From: Myxococcota bacterium
GTDB lineage: Bacteria > Myxococcota_A > UBA796 > UBA2385
Assembly: GCA_044344255.1 (NCBI GenBank)
Contig: JBIJDH010000010.1
Location: forward strand, 190,293 to 254,292
Length of the DNA: 64,000 nt
Direction: 5' to 3'
Of the stretch, positions 19,996 through 30,100 are shown piece by piece. The notes under the pieces are model-generated. The model was not told where the DNA came from and ran no database searches. It was given only the letters and a program-made list of their open reading frames with translations. The position numbers and the translations under genes are program-made. Each line of letters starts with the position of its first letter. The first letter of the stretch is position 1.

Positions 19996-20442
19996 ATGTC
20001 ACCGTTGAGCGCCCTCCCCGCCTTTCAGCCGCTCTGCCTCTTCTCCGTGCTGCTGGTCCTGTTCATGTTCCTCCTCGGAGGACTGACGGCCAACTACCGG
20101 CGGCTGGCCAAGGTGGTGGTCAACCCGGAGGACGTGGGCGTCAACCCCGGCTCCCACGTCGAGGTCGCCGAAGCGCCGAGCACGCTGCGCTGCAAGCGCG
20201 CCCACCTCAACGCCATCGAGAACATCCCGGGCTTCCTCGCGCTGGCGACGATCTTCACCCTCGCCGGGGGCTCGACCACCGCGGGCTGGGCCTACTTCGG
20301 GCTCTACTTCGCCTCCCGCGTCGCCCACGCCATCTGCTACCTGAACGAGCTCCAGCCCTTCCGCACGATCAGCTTCTTCATCGGCCAGCTCTGCTTGATC
20401 GGCATGTCTGTGCAGATCCTGATGGCGGCCTTCGGCCGCTGA
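19996..20442 (+). CDS. MAPEG family membrane protein (microsomal GST-like)
   Basis: Four hydrophobic segments; R..RAH.N..EN.P.F and R..H motifs. Confidence 0.9.
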   Translation: MSPLSALPAFQPLCLFSVLLVLFMFLLGGLTANYRRLAKVVVNPEDVGVNPGSHVEVAEAPSTLRCKRAHLNAIENIPGFLALATIFTLAGGSTTAGWAYFGLYFASRVAHAICYLNELQPFRTISFFIGQLCLIGMSVQILMAAFGR

Positions 20443-20499
20443 TCGGAGGCCGCTGCGCGGTCCCCGTGGTGCCCCTCAGCGGCCACCGCAGCGGCCCTC

Positions 20500-21393
20500 T
20501 CAGGGGGCCGCCGGGCTCCTGGCGACCAGCGCGTTGATCGTGCCCTTCTCGCCCTCGATGCTCCAGCGCCGCGCGCTCGTGACCACCATCATCTGCGAAG
20601 AGACGGCGCCGTCGAGGTTGAGGGCCGTATCGGCGGCGGTCGTGCTCACGAGGAGGGTCCCGAGCTCGTGCAGCGTGAGGCCCCGGCCGGCGCTGTGCTC
20701 GAGCGCCACGCCGTCGGGCGTCTCCCGGACGCTGCTCGACGCGGCGGCGACCACGAGCCAGACATACTTCTCGGAGAGCGCGACCGCCGATCGGGCGTCG
20801 CGGTGGGCCCCGGGCGCGGGGCTGACGAGGTTCTTCCGACCGTCCACGATGCGGTCGACCGACTGGAGGGCCTCGACCGGCCCCTCTGTCCAGGCGTCCC
20901 GGTGGATGATCGAGGCGGGGCCGGGCTGGGCGATCAAGATCCCCGAGCCGCCGCGGGGGTCGGCCGGGTGGTTGACCTTACCTTCGCTCACCACGAGGCC
21001 CATCGGACCCTGCTCGTAGAAGCCCCCGTTGATCGCCGCCCAGGGCGCGGGGAGGGCGGCGGTGCTGGCCGAGACCAGGGCCCCCAAGGGCTGCACAGCG
21101 TCGGAGGGCACCACGTAGAGCACCGCCCCCCGAGGGAGTCGCACGCGCCAGACGAGGCCGCTGCTCGTGTCGGCGCTCCAGGTGAACCGATCGAGGCGGA
21201 GCCCGCCCTCCTCCAAGAGCACCTCGGCCTTGCCGAGCGTCAGCGCCGCCGGCGCCTGGACCTCCGCGGGGGTCGCCTTTGTGGAGGTGGGGGCGGTCTT
21301 TGGCGCTCCCCACGAGCAGGCCGAGAGCGCGGCCACGAGGCAGGGCCCCGCCGCGCGGGACCACCACCGAAGGGAGGGGGAGGGTCTGTTCAC
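20500..21393 (-). CDS. Phosphodiester glycosidase (NAGPA/DUF2233) family lipoprotein
   Basis: Lipobox LSAC; AAINGGFY, ARSAVA, ALNLDG..S motifs. Confidence 0.8.
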   Translation of the reverse strand: MNRPSPSLRWWSRAAGPCLVAALSACSWGAPKTAPTSTKATPAEVQAPAALTLGKAEVLLEEGGLRLDRFTWSADTSSGLVWRVRLPRGAVLYVVPSDAVQPLGALVSASTAALPAPWAAINGGFYEQGPMGLVVSEGKVNHPADPRGGSGILIAQPGPASIIHRDAWTEGPVEALQSVDRIVDGRKNLVSPAPGAHRDARSAVALSEKYVWLVVAAASSSVRETPDGVALEHSAGRGLTLHELGTLLVSTTAADTALNLDGAVSSQMMVVTSARRWSIEGEKGTINALVARSPAAP

Positions 21394-23039
21394 GTCGCCA
21401 CCGTGGGTTGCCAGGGTGAGGCCCCGCGTTCGCGGAGGAGGGCGAGGACGCCGTCCACCTGCTCGTGGACGAAGAGGAGGACCAGGTCACCCGGGCGGGC
21501 GAGGTCGAGCAGGCGCGCCGCGGCCTCCCGCTCATCGGGCACGTCGAGGAGCTCGCTCGAGGGGAAGCCGCGGGCCTCGAAGGCCGCCCGTAAGAGCGCC
21601 GGCATCTCGCCCGGCGCCCGCCCGCGCCAGTGCTCCGGGAGCTCCTTCAAGGCGATGAGGTCAGGGGGGATGGCCACGACCTCGTCCACGAAGGCCTCGC
21701 GGATGCCCTCGCTGCGGTCGCCGGCGAGGCCCACGAGCACGAGCCGACGCCCTGGGGCGACCGTAGCCACGAGCCCGCGGGAGAGCTCGCCGATCCGCCG
21801 CACCCCGTCCGGGTTGTGAGCGAAGTCGAGGAGGATTTGCACCCCGCCCAGCGTGAAGAGGTTGGTGCGGCCGAGGCTGTCTTCGGGGCTCGGGCGGAAG
21901 CCCCGCAGGGCGGCCACGATGGCGGCGTCCGGCAGCCCCAGCTCCGCCGCGCAGAGGGCGGCGGCGAGCGCGTTCTGGACGTTGTAGACGGCCGCGCCGC
22001 CGAGCGTGATCGGGATCTCCCGCACCGGCAGCAGCGGCCGCCCCTGCACCACCAGCCAGCCCTCCGACACCGTCGCGTCGGCCGGGCCCGTGGCGCTGAA
22101 GCGGCGGACCTTCAGATCGGGGCGATCGGCCTGCAGGCGCGCCACCGCCGCCACGAGGGGCCCCGCCTCGGCGCCGACGATCAGGCGACCGCCGGTCGTG
22201 ACGGCCCGGGCCACCACGAGCTTGGCCTCGGCCATGCCTGCGAGGTCGTCGATGCCCCACTCGCCCAGGTGATCATCGGAGATGTTGGTGACGATGGCCG
22301 CCGCAGCCCCGTCGAGCACGAGCCCCCGCCGGAGGAGCCCACCGCGGGCCGTCTCCAGGACCGCCAGCTCCACCTCGGGGCGCCGGAACAGCATCCGCGC
22401 CGCGCCGGGGCCGGTCCAGTCGCCCTTCTCGACCCACTCCCCCTGCACCACCACGCCGTCCGAGGAGGTGTGGCCGCTCACGAGCCCCGCCTCCCGGCCG
22501 ATGCGGGCGAGCAGCCGCGTCGTGGTGGTCTTTCCGTTCGTCCCCGTGACATAGACAAAGGGGATCCCGCCGTGGGTGGAGGGATCCACGGCAGAGGGCA
22601 AGGCGCTCACCGGCCAGGTCTCGGCGTGGCGGCCGAGGCCGGCGGTGAAGCCGTCATCGTCGTAGAAGGCGGGCACCCCGCGGGCGAGGGTGCGGCCGAG
22701 GAGGAGGCGCAGCGCCGGCAGGGCCTTCCGGTCGGCCTCGGCCACGACGGCCTCCTCGCTGGGCTCCCCGGTGGCCGCCCACTCCAGCAGCGAGGCGGCG
22801 GGCTCCATCTGGTCGATGGGGGCGGGGAGCGCGATCGAGGCCCCGCCGGGCCAGCGGCGCACCACCAGCCAGGCGTCCTCCCAGCCGAGGCGCTCGGCGA
22901 GGCGCTCGGCCCGCCCGCGGATGCCCGAGAGCAGGGCCTCCTCATCGTCTCCAGGGGCGAAGAAGAGCTCCGCGGCGGCGCCCGTCCCGGGCAGCAGGAG
23001 GTGCCGACCGGTGATCCGCCGGGGCTCTTCGATGCGCAT
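21390..23039 (-). CDS. CphA-related Mur-ligase domain protein lacking the ATP-grasp domain
   Basis: VTGTNGKTTT, GDWTGP, LETARGGLLR.G, NI..DHLG, DFAHNP; short CphA-N-like start; overlaps the cphA stop. Confidence 0.85.
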   Translation of the reverse strand: MRIEEPRRITGRHLLLPGTGAAAELFFAPGDDEEALLSGIRGRAERLAERLGWEDAWLVVRRWPGGASIALPAPIDQMEPAASLLEWAATGEPSEEAVVAEADRKALPALRLLLGRTLARGVPAFYDDDGFTAGLGRHAETWPVSALPSAVDPSTHGGIPFVYVTGTNGKTTTTRLLARIGREAGLVSGHTSSDGVVVQGEWVEKGDWTGPGAARMLFRRPEVELAVLETARGGLLRRGLVLDGAAAAIVTNISDDHLGEWGIDDLAGMAEAKLVVARAVTTGGRLIVGAEAGPLVAAVARLQADRPDLKVRRFSATGPADATVSEGWLVVQGRPLLPVREIPITLGGAAVYNVQNALAAALCAAELGLPDAAIVAALRGFRPSPEDSLGRTNLFTLGGVQILLDFAHNPDGVRRIGELSRGLVATVAPGRRLVLVGLAGDRSEGIREAFVDEVVAIPPDLIALKELPEHWRGRAPGEMPALLRAAFEARGFPSSELLDVPDEREAAARLLDLARPGDLVLLFVHEQVDGVLALLRERGASPWQPTVAT

Positions 23040-25861
23040 CAATCCGCCTCTTCGACCTTGCTGGAGACGAGCACCACGCCGCGCTGGTCGCGGACGACCT
23101 GCCCGACGAGGCTGGAGAGGTCGATGGGCTGAGGGTCCTCCGCCACCACGGGGACCGCGCGCGCCGCGTCGGAGGGCGCCGCCTCCGGGCCGCCCGTACG
23201 CCCGCCGAAGTAGATGATCTGCTTCCAGGTGCGGCTGATCTTGTCGCCGAACACGAGCAGCAGGTCTCCGGCGCGGCAGAGCTTGAGCGCGTGGTCGACC
23301 GCGGTCTGCTCATCGGGGATGAGCGTGATGCGGTCGTCGCTCACGCCGAGGGCGCGCAGCTCGCGGGCCATCAGCTCGGGGAGCTCCCCCTCCCTCCGGC
23401 CGCGGCGGTCGTCGTCCTGACGGAGGATGAAGTGGTCGAAGGAGCGCGCGGCGCGGCTCACGACGGCGACGGCGTCCTCATCGCGGCGGTCGCCGGGCAC
23501 CGCGAGCACGACCACCCGCTTGCCGCGCAGGGCCGACTGCCCCCCGCCCTCACAGAGGTTGTCGACCAGCTTGCACATCGCCTCGAGCGCGTGGGGGTTG
23601 TGCCCATAGTCGAGGATGACCTTGAAGCCGAGCTGATCGTAGATGTTCATCCGGCCAGGGGCCTGGAAGTACGTGGTGTCGAAGGTGCGGAGCCCCTGGC
23701 GGATGTCGTCGAGCTTGACGTTCATCGCGAAGGCCATGCCGGCGGCGAACATCGCGTTCTGGACGTTGTGCGCCGCCTTCCCCTCTACGGTCGCCGGGAT
23801 GAGGTGTGTCCAGAGCAGGGGGACGTGGGCCCCCTTGTCGAAGACAGAGATCATCTGACCGTTCACGCCGTTCTCGAGGGCCACCGCCATGCCCCCGGCG
23901 CGGATGTGCTCGCGCACGAGCACGTTGGAAGGGTTCATCGTCACGTAGCAGATGCGCTTCGCCGTGGCGTGGGAGGCCATTCGGACACAGAGGTCGTCGT
24001 CGGCGTTGAGCACCACACAGTCGCTCGCCACCTCGATCGGGATGCGCTTGACGTCGGCGAGCTGCTCCAAGGTGTCGATGCCGCCGAGGCCCAGGTGGTC
24101 ACCGGCCACGTTGAGGCAGCAGGCCACGTTCGGCCGCTTGTAGCCCATGCCCGAGCGGAGGAGGCCGCCGCGGGCCGTCTCGAGGACGGCGACGGAGACG
24201 GTGGGGTCGCGCAGCACCATCCGCGCGGCGACGGGGCCGGTCATGTCGCCCTCGACCGTCCGCCGACCGTCCACGTAGACCCCGTCGGTCGTGCACATGC
24301 CCACCATGGCGCCAGCCATCTTGTGGATGTGCGCGAGCATGCGCGTGGTGGTGGTCTTCCCGTTGGTGCCCGTGATCGCCGCGATGGGGATGCGGGCCGG
24401 CGTCCCGGGCGGGAAGAGCATGTCGACCACGGCGGCGGCGACGTCGCGGGGGGTGCCCTCGCTCGGCGAGACGTGCATCCGGAAGCCCGGCGCAGCGTTG
24501 ACCTCGCAGATCCCGCCGCCGATGTCCTTGTAGGACTTGCCGATGTCCTCGGTGAGGAAGTCGACGCCGCAGACGTCGAGGCCGATGGCCGCGGTGGCAC
24601 GAACGGCCATCTCGCGGTTGTCCGGGTGGCAGACGTCGGTGACGTCGATCGCCGTCCCGCCGGTCGACAGGTTGCCGGTCGAGCGCAGGTAGAAGACCTG
24701 CCCAGCGGAAAGCACGGAGGCCTCGGTGAGGCCGCCCTCCTCGAGCAGGCGCCGGGCCTGATGGTCAAGCTCGAGGCGGGTGAGGATCTTCTCGTGGCCG
24801 ATGCCGCGGCGGGGGTCGGCGTTGACGAGCTCGACGAGCTCGGCCACGGTGCGGCTGCCGTCGCCCACCACATGGCCGGGCACCCGCTTGGCCACCGCCA
24901 CGAGCTCACCGTTCACGACGAGCATGCGGTGGTCGAAGCCCTTGATGAAGGTCTCGACGAGCACGTAGCGGCTGTGCTCCCGGGCCACCTTGAAGGCCGT
25001 GCGCACCTGGGCCTCGTCCTCCATCCCGATGCTCACGCCGCGGCCATGGTTGGCGTCGAGCGGCTTCAAGACGACGGGGTAGCCGAGGCGCCGGGCCGAG
25101 CGCACCGCCTCGTCTTCGCTGGTCACCTGCACCTGGCGGGGCACCGGCAGGCCGACCTCGCCGAGGATCTTGTTGGTGAGGTCCTTGTCGCTGGCGATCT
25201 CGACGGCGATGTGCCGGGTCTCGCTCGTCACCGTCGCCTGGATGCGCTTCTGGTAACGACCGTGTCCGAACTGGACGAGGCTGTAGTTGTTGAGCCGAAT
25301 CCAGGGGATGTCCTTCGCCTCGGCGGCGCGGACGAGGGAGCCCGTGCTCGGCCCGAAGGCGCGCTTCTGGGCGTCGCGGATGAGCCGCTCCATCTCGACC
25401 TTGAAGTCGAAATTGGGCTCCCGCTCGTCCTCCTTCAGGAGCTCATCGGGGACGAGGGAGTGCAAGAGCCGGAGCGCCAGCAGGCCGGCGTCCATGCCCA
25501 CCCGCTCCTCCTCGTACTCGTAGACCACGTGGTACTGCCCGAAGACCCCGGTGCCGCGCGTCTTGCCGAAGGTGACCTTGCAGCCGGCGAGGTTCTGGAG
25601 CTCGATGGCGACGTGCTCGAGCACGTGGCCGAGCCAGGTGCCGCGGTCTTCGCGCAAGCGGCGCACGAAGCCGCCGGGCTCGCCGAAGGAGCAGCCGTGC
25701 TCGTCGAGCGAGGGGACGGCGGCGAGCAGCCGGTCCACGAAGCCGGGGAGCTCGGCGGAGGGGGCCTCTTCGAGGGCCCCGAGGGCCACCGTGAAGCGGA
25801 TGACCCGGAAGGTCGCGTAGAGGTTCGGGCCCTGGTAGGTGCGGCGGTCGAGGATCTGCAT
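23039..25861 (-). CDS. cphA: Cyanophycin synthetase
   Basis: N domain with C...GHVLEH, GPSTGSLV, ATP-grasp (KPLDANHGRGV, NLSTGG, EVNAAPG.RMH) and Mur domain (ITGTNGKTTT, DYGHN). Confidence 0.96.
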   Translation of the reverse strand: MQILDRRTYQGPNLYATFRVIRFTVALGALEEAPSAELPGFVDRLLAAVPSLDEHGCSFGEPGGFVRRLREDRGTWLGHVLEHVAIELQNLAGCKVTFGKTRGTGVFGQYHVVYEYEEERVGMDAGLLALRLLHSLVPDELLKEDEREPNFDFKVEMERLIRDAQKRAFGPSTGSLVRAAEAKDIPWIRLNNYSLVQFGHGRYQKRIQATVTSETRHIAVEIASDKDLTNKILGEVGLPVPRQVQVTSEDEAVRSARRLGYPVVLKPLDANHGRGVSIGMEDEAQVRTAFKVAREHSRYVLVETFIKGFDHRMLVVNGELVAVAKRVPGHVVGDGSRTVAELVELVNADPRRGIGHEKILTRLELDHQARRLLEEGGLTEASVLSAGQVFYLRSTGNLSTGGTAIDVTDVCHPDNREMAVRATAAIGLDVCGVDFLTEDIGKSYKDIGGGICEVNAAPGFRMHVSPSEGTPRDVAAAVVDMLFPPGTPARIPIAAITGTNGKTTTTRMLAHIHKMAGAMVGMCTTDGVYVDGRRTVEGDMTGPVAARMVLRDPTVSVAVLETARGGLLRSGMGYKRPNVACCLNVAGDHLGLGGIDTLEQLADVKRIPIEVASDCVVLNADDDLCVRMASHATAKRICYVTMNPSNVLVREHIRAGGMAVALENGVNGQMISVFDKGAHVPLLWTHLIPATVEGKAAHNVQNAMFAAGMAFAMNVKLDDIRQGLRTFDTTYFQAPGRMNIYDQLGFKVILDYGHNPHALEAMCKLVDNLCEGGGQSALRGKRVVVLAVPGDRRDEDAVAVVSRAARSFDHFILRQDDDRRGRREGELPELMARELRALGVSDDRITLIPDEQTAVDHALKLCRAGDLLLVFGDKISRTWKQIIYFGGRTGGPEAAPSDAARAVPVVAEDPQPIDLSSLVGQVVRDQRGVVLVSSKVEEAD

Positions 25862-25928
25862 CGCGCTCTCGGGAGATCGGGAGCCCGCGGCTTACCATGC
25901 GCGGGCCGTGCGGCACAACCGCACGCGC
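25851..25928. repeat. 78-bp imperfect direct repeat, copy 1 (cphA promoter, UTR and first codons)
   Basis: Matches 26997-27074 with only scattered mismatches. Confidence 0.9.
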
Positions 25929-25948
25929 GAGGGGCGCCCCGAGGCACC

Positions 25949-26815
25949 TTAGGGATGGGGCCGGGCCGGCGGGAAGAGGGAGGCCTGCCGCATCGGCGCC
26001 GGTCGAAGGAGGAGGCCGCCAACCGCCGCCTCCAGCCCCTCGATGAGGGCCGGCAAGTCGCGGTTGTCGGGCTGGTGGACGAAGATGTGCGCCTCACGGA
26101 GGCCCTGGGCCTCGGCCGCCCGGAGCGCCTCCCCCCAGGCGGCGAAGCGCGCGGGGGTGGAGGGGTGATGGAGCTCGACCAGGAGCCGCAGGATGAGGCG
26201 GTCGGTGGGCAGCGTGCCGTGCACGACGTCGCGGCGGGCGGGGGTGTCGGTGACGACCGCCGACAGGCCGAGGTCGGCCATCCAGGCCGCGGCGGCCGAC
26301 TGGAGGCGCCCGCCCGTGAAGAAGTCGGGGTGTCGGAGCTCGAGCGCGCCGGGCGGTCCGCCCCCGGCGACGAGGGCCCCGAGGCGGCGTCGGAGCTCGG
26401 CCTGGTCGAGGGGGCCGGCCTCGGGCGGGGCCTGGAAGAACCAAGGGCCGGCGCGGTCGCCGAGCGCCTCGACCACCGCGCGGAAGCCCGCCACCTCGGC
26501 CGCCCAGTCGGCCCCGCCGTGCGAGACGGAGCGCGGCACCTTCGCGCAGAAGCGGAAGGCCGGCGGGGTGTCCCCGGCCCAGCGGCGCGCGAGCGGCAGC
26601 GCCGGCAGGGCGTGAAAGGTCGAGTTGAGCTCGATGGCGCCGTAACGCTCGGACCAGGCGGCGAGGCGGCGCGGGCCGGAGGGGTAGGCGTCGAAGCCCT
26701 GGGTCCAGGTCGAAGCGCCGACGCGCACCCGGAGCGGGCCGGGCGGCCCGGGCCGCAGCGGCTCCCATGGGGGCAGGCGCGGGTCGAAGGCGACGTCGCC
26801 GCGGCCGAATTGCAC
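25949..26815 (-). CDS. DUF72 domain protein
   Basis: IELNSTFH, FRFCAKVPR..SH, FFQ.PP, ALELRH, D motif, IFVHQ. Confidence 0.88.
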   Translation of the reverse strand: MQFGRGDVAFDPRLPPWEPLRPGPPGPLRVRVGASTWTQGFDAYPSGPRRLAAWSERYGAIELNSTFHALPALPLARRWAGDTPPAFRFCAKVPRSVSHGGADWAAEVAGFRAVVEALGDRAGPWFFQAPPEAGPLDQAELRRRLGALVAGGGPPGALELRHPDFFTGGRLQSAAAAWMADLGLSAVVTDTPARRDVVHGTLPTDRLILRLLVELHHPSTPARFAAWGEALRAAEAQGLREAHIFVHQPDNRDLPALIEGLEAAVGGLLLRPAPMRQASLFPPARPHP

Positions 26816-26996
26816 CGTCAGCCCCTGGCGCCGAGCGGTTCACGGGGCGCGAGGCGCCTGCCGAAGCTCGCCCGGGAGGGCGGCCAGGGGACGGGGTCGG
26901 GGGACGGCGGGGAGAGGTCCATCGGGCCTCCGGCGACCGTGGTGAGTCCACGGGGCCCTCGGGGTATCGCGTCGCGCAGACGCAGGCGCGCCCGAC

Positions 26997-27074
26997 AGGA
27001 TCTGCATCGCGCTCTCCGGGGATCGCGAGCCCGCGGCGTAAGATGCGCGGGCCGTGCGGCACAACCGCCCGCGC
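26997..27074. repeat. 78-bp imperfect direct repeat, copy 2
   Basis: aggatctgcatcgcgctctc...gcgggccgtgcggcacaaccgc as at 25851-25928. Confidence 0.9.
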
Positions 27075-27108
27075 CCCCCGTCCTCCCTCCCCAGAGCTCG
27101 CCCCCCCG

Positions 27109-30100
27109 ATGGACCCCGCGCAGGCCGCGCCCGCCCGCACCCCAGCCCCAGCCCCAGCCCCTTCCCCGGCGGCCAGCCCTGGCGCCTCGCTGGGCGGGCG
27201 CTTCCTCCTGCTGTCTCCCCTCGGCAGCGGGGGGCAAGGCGCTGTCTTTCGTGCCTTCGACCAGGACACGGGCGAGCTCCTCGCCCTCAAGGTCCTGCAC
27301 ACCGGCGGCGCAGAGGCCCACCCGGCGCTCAAGCGGGAGTTCCGCGCGCTCGAGGGCATCCGCCACCCCGGCCTCGTGCGCCTCTACGAGCTCTTCATCG
27401 ACGGAGAGGCCGCCTGGTACACGATGGAGCTGCTCGAGGGCGAGCCCCTCATCGAGCACCTCGACAGCCCCGACCGCGCCCGTCGCCTGGGCGGCGTGCT
27501 CCAGCAGCTCTGCGGGGCGCTCCAAGCCCTCCACGCCGCCGGGCGGGTCCACCGCGACGTGAAGCCGGCGAACATTCGCCTCACGGAGGACCGGCGGGCC
27601 GTGCTCATCGATCCCGGCCTCGTGGTGGGCTTCGTCGACCGGAGCGGGGTCGATCCACGCGCCCTCTCCCCCGCCGCCGGCACGCCCCGCTGGCAGGCCC
27701 CGGAGCAGGCGGCAGGCGGCGCGCTCTCCCCCGCCGTGGACGTCTACGCCCTCGGCCAGCTCTGGCAGGCCCTCGGCGAGCCCGAGGCGGCCGACCTCCC
27801 CGCCCGCCTGTCCGACTGCCTCCGACGCGCTCGGGCGTTCGAGGCGCGGGACCGCTGCAGCCTCGCCGAGCTGAGCCTGGCGCTCGACGCCTGGCTCGGG
27901 GCGCCGCCCACCGGCGAGGTGGCCCACCCAATCGAGCTCCTCGGCGCCGAGCCCCTCCTCTCCGCCCTCGACGGGGCCCTCGCGGCCTGGTCGGCGCAGG
28001 AGCCGGCCCTCCTCGGCCTCGTGGGGGCCCCGGGCTCCGGCAAGACCGGCCTGCTCAGCGCCTGGGCGCGGACGGCGCACCGAGCGGATCGCCTCTGCCT
28101 CGTCATCCCCTGCGACCCCACCGAGTCGATCCCCTTCCAGGCCCTCGACCGCCTCATCGACCGCCTCGCTGGCGCCCTCCGCGCCGGCGACCTCCACTCC
28201 GAAGCCCTGCACCCCGAAGCCCTCGCTCCCGACGACGCCCGCGCCCTCACGCAGCTCTTCCCGGTCCTCCAAGGCGCCCTCGGCGATGAGCCGCGCCCCA
28301 GCCGCGCTCTCGACCCTGCGCGCGCCCGGGGGCGGGCGGTCACCGCGCTCCGCGGCCTCCTCCACGGCTACCTCTCCTCGCGGCGGGTGGTCCTCATCCT
28401 CGACGACGCCCAATGGCTGGACGCCGACAGCCACAGCCTGCTCACCGAGCTCACGCGGCCCCCCTCCGCGCTGCCGCTCCTCCTGGTGCTCGGCGTCCCC
28501 TCCGAGGGCATCGCAGGGGAGCTCTTCCCGGCCCTCCGCCCGACCCTGCTCCACCTCCACCCCCTCAGCCCGGAGGCCTCGCTCCTCCTGCTCCGCCAGC
28601 GCGGGGTGGGGGAGGACCTCATCCCCGGCGTCCTCTCGGCCGCGGCGGGCAACCCGCACCTGCTGTCCACCCTCGCCTCGCTCGGGGTGGGCGGCCTCGC
28701 CGGCTGGATCGCGGCGGCCGAGGCGCGCCACGGCACCCTGGCGCTGGATCTCCTCCGCACCTTCGCCCTCGCCGGCGCCCCCCTCGATCCCGCCGGGCTG
28801 CTCGACGTCCTCCCCACCGCGGGGCCGACGCTGCGGGCGCTCCGCAGCCAAGGCCTGCTCCGCGAGAGCCCCCTGCCGACAGCCCGCGGCGCGCGCACCA
28901 TCGGCCTCACCCTCGGCCACGAGGCGCTGGCCGCCGTCCTCCTCTCCGAGCTGACCGCCGTGGAGCGCCTCGCCCTCCACGCGCGCATCGCCCACGGGCT
29001 CGTGCGCACCGAAGACGCCCGCATCGACCTCCTCGTGCACCACACCGACGCCGCCGGAGACCGGGAGCGGGCCCTCCAGTTGGCAGAGGCGGCCGCCGCC
29101 CAGGCCTGGCAGGCGCAAGAGGCCAGACAGGCCTATCGGCTCTATCGGCTCGTCGAGTCACTTGATCCTGCCTGGCGCGCCGCGGCGATCCAGCGCCGGA
29201 TCGCCGAGGTGGCGGCCAGCCTGGGCCAGGCCGAGGCCGCCGCCGCCGCCTGGGACCGTGTCCTCGCCGCCCTCCCCCTCGACCCTGACCACCAAGAGCT
29301 CCGCGTCCTCGCCCGAACGGGCCGGGTGGAGCAGCTCTTCCGCTGGGGAGACGCCGCGGCCGGCCGACAGGCGCTCGAGGGCCTGCTCCAAGAGCTCGGC
29401 CACCGCCTCCCTCGGGGCCGCCTCTCCCTGGCCCTCCACACCGCCTGGGGGAGGCTCCGGCGCCTCTGGTCCGGCATGCGCTGGCGGGCCGACGAGCGGA
29501 GCGCCCCCGCCTCCGCGCTCCGAGCCCTCTGGGTGGCGACGCTCTCTCGCTCCTTCCGCGACCTCTTGGAGGAGGAGTACATCGGCCTGCTCTACGTCGA
29601 CGAGGCCCTGCGCGGGGCCCCCCCCTGGGCCCTCGCCCGCGCCCTCGCCTGGGAGGCGGGCGCCCGAGAGCGAAACCCGCTCGCCCGCCTCACCGGCGCC
29701 CCCGACCGCCTCCTCGACACCGCCCGTCGCATGGGAGACGAGGCCCTCGGCCCCTATGAGCGCGGCGTGATCGAGAACTACGAGGTGGTGCTCCAGTTCT
29801 CGCGCGGGAACCAGGAGGCCTGTCGGCGGGCCGGCGAGCGGGCCCTGTCCGCCTATCGGGAGGCCGTCGAGTCCACCTACTGGGGGGAGTTCAACGTCGC
29901 CGTGATGGCGAACGGCGCCCTCTGGTACGCGGGCCACATCCGCGCGCTCCGGGCCTTCACCCACGAGCACCGGATCATCGAGCGGGCCCACGACCTCGCC
30001 GGCCTCTGGGACGACGGCCACTGGTGGACCGCCCTGCGCATGGCCCTCCTCGAGGGGGAGCTCAGCGCCGCCCAGACCCTGCTCGACGCCTGTGAGGCGC

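Noticed and set aside
23291..27562. 1423-aa ORF on the plus strand
   Set aside because: Antisense shadow of cphA and DUF72, typical of high-GC DNA.
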